A stretch of 17,364 bases of DNA from IMG/VR virus record IMGVR_UViG_2703718840_000006; one strand, 5' to 3'. Each line of letters opens with the position of its first letter. Position 1 is the first letter of the stretch. Positions 14,808 to 17,364 of this stretch are shown in pieces. Under the pieces are notes generated by a model. The model was not told where the DNA came from and did no database searches. It worked only from the letters and a program-made list of their open reading frames with translations. Source of the stretch: a virus. Taxonomy: Duplodnaviria; Heunggongvirae; Uroviricota; Caudoviricetes. The position numbers were made by a program, and so were the translations under genes.

Positions 14808-15761
14808 TTACCATATATCTATGGGTTTTGTTTTCTGCTCATCTAAACAAAATGCACAGATGTAAGCCCCCTTACTTCGGTTGTACTGAACCGTTTCTAA
14901 AGCAGAGTCAAGATGTTTACTATCAAAGTTCCAGCTTTTTTCCATAACAGAAACACATTTTCTGCAATAGAAACTTTCTTTTGAGTTAGTATCTCCTGAA
15001 TCATTTTTAGTGTAGCCAAAGAATTTTTTTGCTGATTCCTTTGAACATGCGGAAATGGCTGCAGTGAACTCATAATGAGTTTGAAGCATAGCCCATACAA
15101 TACCTGAAAATTCTTCATCCTCGTCTTCATCTAATCCTATATTAATGCCGCCAGAGGAATGTATTGCTTTATATTTATACCTATGCCATATCCAGTGTGC
15201 TGATTCAGTATTTAGATAGTTGTGAGCACGTACAACTGATGTGAAAATTAGCTCTGGCATTATATCTGTTTTTTTATCAACCGTATGCATAAAACGATTT
15301 CTTAGAATGCGCATACTATTAAACCAAGTAATAAAGTCATCAGGCAGTGATTTAGAGGCGAAAGTATTATATACTTTAATTAAATCTTGGGCGTCTAATG
15401 TGTGGAAGTCTGAAAATGAAATGTTACCTTCACTATCAGGTTTAGGTGTATTGCGAGTTGCATTCGTGATAAGTAGATAAGGTGATATTTCGACGATAAG
15501 TCCTTTTAGTCTGAATTCAATGGATTGAAGTATCAAATTAAAAGATGTAATCAATTTGGGTCTAGCAAATAACCAATAATGCTCTAAATTTTTAATATCT
15601 GATTCTGTATAGAATTCAGACGTTTTACAATAACTATTCCAAAGGTTTATATCTCTGTAATCATAAGCTAAATCGGCAATTTTTTCCCAAGCCTCATTTA
15701 CCATGTGGTCAGCCATTGTATAAAAATCAGTCTTTGTTGGAATGTCAGTTATCATTATCAA
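14808..15761 (-). CDS. HEPN-motif protein, Abi_2 (AbiD/AbiF)-like, with C-terminal CxxC...CxxC zinc ribbon
   Basis: 317 aa, AT-rich. Mid-protein ILRNRFMH matches the HEPN Rx4H motif and the Abi_2 RN..AH context. C-terminal CRKC-(28 aa)-CAFC. Own AT-rich upstream region. Confidence 0.5.
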   Translation of the reverse strand: MIMITDIPTKTDFYTMADHMVNEAWEKIADLAYDYRDINLWNSYCKTSEFYTESDIKNLEHYWLFARPKLITSFNLILQSIEFRLKGLIVEISPYLLITNATRNTPKPDSEGNISFSDFHTLDAQDLIKVYNTFASKSLPDDFITWFNSMRILRNRFMHTVDKKTDIMPELIFTSVVRAHNYLNTESAHWIWHRYKYKAIHSSGGINIGLDEDEDEEFSGIVWAMLQTHYEFTAAISACSKESAKKFFGYTKNDSGDTNSKESFYCRKCVSVMEKSWNFDSKHLDSALETVQYNRSKGAYICAFCLDEQKTKPIDIW

Positions 15762-15992
15762 TCTACCTTTGGGTCTTTATTGTTGTCTATCAAGATATAA
15801 TATTCAGGCTGGAGTGGCTAATGTTGATCTACTTATTTTCTCCCGGTAAGTCAGTTTATCGCGATATAAGCCGCATTTGATTTTGGCGACTATGGTCGTG
15901 TTAGGTATGTATCTGGCGTGTTACTGCGCCAGATTAAATATAAACCAATAATATTAAAGGGTGTTACTCTCTTGACAGATTTAGGGAACAAA

Positions 15993-16187
15993 TCACTCGT
16001 CAGCTGACTCCCAAGTATCTTTCAGAGTTTCCTGAACAAAAGTTTTAGCTGAATCTTTATCGGCGGTGCGCCTAACAGAAAAACCATCGTTGCTGGTGGC
16101 TTTTACGATCATCTCCACATCGTCATAATGCTCGCCAATGTATTGGGTTAATTCTTCCTTTAATGCGTCTACAGCGCCGTTTGGCAT
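15993..16187 (-). CDS. DinI-family protein (short form)
   Basis: 64 aa. [13 protein letters not shown] and the C-terminal TWESADE match the DinI pattern (AIDALAGEL...ETWESADDWF, from memory). In-frame stop 7 codons upstream excludes a longer form. Two LexA boxes upstream. Confidence 0.75.
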   Translation of the reverse strand: MPNGAVDALKEELTQYIGEHYDDVEMIVKATSNDGFSVRRTADKDSAKTFVQETLKDTWESADE

Positions 16188-16241
16188 TTGGTCATTTTGT
16201 CTTTGGCTATGGAGATCTCAATACGCATAACATTTCTTTTG

Positions 16242-16289
16242 TACTGCGTTTGTAGACAGTATTATTCTTATCTGTGTAAATAAACAGTA
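16242..16289 (-). promoter_or_regulatory. Two LexA (SOS) boxes overlapping the dinI-like promoter
   Basis: TACTGCGTTTGTAGACAGTA (16242-16261; CTGC-N8-ACAG, one mismatch) and CTGT-N8-ACAG (CTGTGTAAATAAACAG, 16272-16287). On the minus strand a TTGATA -35-like hexamer sits directly upstream of the second box. 55-100 bp upstream of the start codon. Confidence 0.55.
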
Positions 16290-16470
16290 TCAAGACTTCG
16301 TTTTAGCTGCATAAGAAAAAAGAGATGGATACATTCGGAAAGATTTTGATGGTGGTAGGTTAAGTGAATAGCCTAAAGGTGTTTTACCCCAATTATTCCC
16401 CGGTATTTCTCCGCATAAAAAACAATCATAAAAACAACAGCCATAATAGGCTGGTTCTTAAGGGATTTTT

Positions 16471-16510
16471 GGTCCACGAGAGAATTTGAACCTCCGACCC
16501 CCGACACCCC
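16471..16510 (-). other. tRNA-like 3' fragment (T-arm plus acceptor 3' strand, no encoded CCA); possible attachment-site or mobile-element junction remnant
   Basis: Minus-strand read GGGGTGTCGGGGGTCGGAGGTTCAAATTCTCTCGTGGACC: T-loop TTCAAAT flanked by a 5-bp stem with two G-U pairs, then 7-nt acceptor strand plus discriminator. No complementary 5' acceptor strand upstream, and no match to any E. coli tRNA I can recall. Confidence 0.25.
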
Positions 16511-16531
16511 ATAATGGTGTAATTAATCAGG

Positions 16532-16900
16532 TTAAATATTTAGCAGATCCTCTACAATATCATTAAACCCAGATGCCTGTTTAGATACAGAATTGAATAA
16601 GTCTCTAAGTGCTTGTGTTTGCTCAAAAGTTTCCCAAAGTGTTTTATAACTTGGCGTTACAATTGCTAATACTAAGCCTTCCGCCCATGACCATTCATGT
16701 TCATCAAAATAGTAGCGATATTTTCTGCTGTATATAACAAAATCCTTTTCCTTATATTTAGCATGAAACACAACTTGAATTATATCCTGTGTACCATTAA
16801 CAAGGTTTTCAGGCGCATCAATTGCCATCCAATTTATCATTTTTTGGACAGTTAACTTATTTAATGAAACAATTAGCTTTGTGGTTTTATCGTTATGCAT
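16532..16900 (-). CDS. Hypothetical protein, second gene of a coupled two-gene operon
   Basis: 122-aa ORF; ATG 2 nt after the stop of the upstream ORF. AT-rich. No recognisable motif. Confidence 0.5.
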   Translation of the reverse strand: MHNDKTTKLIVSLNKLTVQKMINWMAIDAPENLVNGTQDIIQVVFHAKYKEKDFVIYSRKYRYYFDEHEWSWAEGLVLAIVTPSYKTLWETFEQTQALRDLFNSVSKQASGFNDIVEDLLNI

Positions 16901-16902
16901 AA

Positions 16903-17364
16903 TTAGTCCAGTTGCATATCTTTCACAATTTCGTTAACTCTTGAGTTGAGTATACTCAACTTCTCATAGAGCTTCCAGGCTTGGTCTTGGTCATTGATAT
17001 TAATGGAGATTTCTTTTCTTCGAAAGATTCCTTTGGGTTTGACTTCATCAAAAAATATATCAATCTTTGAGCGTTCCTTGGTTGGAAGCCTGCTGAAAAG
17101 GCTTTCAGTTAGCACTGCACACTCAGTAAACTCCTTACGTATAAATTCTTTCTGAGTAACCCAGTCTCCAATAGCATCATTTATCAATGAGGCTTTTTTT
17201 TGAAGATTGCTATGGATTTCAGGTATTCGAACCTTGTTTCTGAGAGTGGCCTTCAATGAACGCGTCGTAAAAAAAAGTTTTACAGTTACAACAAAACCGA
17301 CAATACCCGCTAGGGAGGATATGTCAGTTACCGTCTGTGATAGGGGCCAAGTCAGGATATCCAT
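16903..17364 (-). CDS. Hypothetical membrane-anchored protein (N-terminal TM helix); 5' end at the window edge, may be partial
   Basis: 153-aa ORF whose ATG is the last three bases of the window. Hydrophobic segment ISSLAGIVGFVVTVKLFF near the N-terminus, then a charged soluble domain. Confidence 0.45.
   Translation of the reverse strand: MDILTWPLSQTVTDISSLAGIVGFVVTVKLFFTTRSLKATLRNKVRIPEIHSNLQKKASLINDAIGDWVTQKEFIRKEFTECAVLTESLFSRLPTKERSKIDIFFDEVKPKGIFRRKEISININDQDQAWKLYEKLSILNSRVNEIVKDMQLD

Noticed and set aside
16471-16546. Complete tRNA gene on the minus strand
   Set aside because: A T-arm and acceptor 3' strand are present, but there is no complementary 5' acceptor strand, D-arm or anticodon arm, and the 5' portion would overlap the 122-aa CDS.
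1-17364. CRISPR array, rRNA, insertion-sequence transposase or long tandem repeats
   Set aside because: No regularly spaced direct repeats, no rRNA-like sequence and no transposase-like ORF were seen on reading the window; the only recombinases are the two tyrosine integrases and the serine recombinase.

Overview
17.4-kb mosaic accessory region of enterobacterial type, organised around a 33-nt 3'-terminal fragment of the tmRNA gene ssrA (5015-5047, minus strand), which I read as an integration-site scar. Left of it is an AT-rich island: a P4-type tyrosine integrase (3619-4848) followed by a tightly coupled operon of a large serine recombinase and two ParB-family proteins (1-3336). Right of it is an AT-rich two-gene cassette (ABC-type ATPase with a TOPRIM-like C-terminus plus a Dam-family adenine methyltransferase, 5120-7832) lying directly downstream of a lambdoid xis-int pair (7891-9224). 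Then come an early-left operon resembling the E. coli KplE1/CPS-53 yfdP-S genes (9284-11765), a lambda-like immunity region (OL, terminator, cI, OR, truncated cro; 12374-13394) and deletion-scarred tail-gene remnants (lambda-like G/T with an intact GGGAAAG slippery site, five codons of H, a Tfa-like gene; 13387-14695). The right end (14700-17364) is again AT-rich and carries a HEPN-motif Abi-like protein, a DinI-family gene behind two LexA boxes, a tRNA-like 3' fragment and a two-gene operon of unknown function. Almost everything is on the minus strand except the cro/tail-remnant block. Candidate novel systems, in order of interest: the ATPase-methyltransferase cassette, the recombinase-ParB-ParB operon, the HEPN protein and the terminal two-gene operon. 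No rRNA, intact tRNA or CRISPR array was seen. All homology calls come from reading motifs and recalled sequences by eye; no database search or computation was run, and composition statements are by eye.
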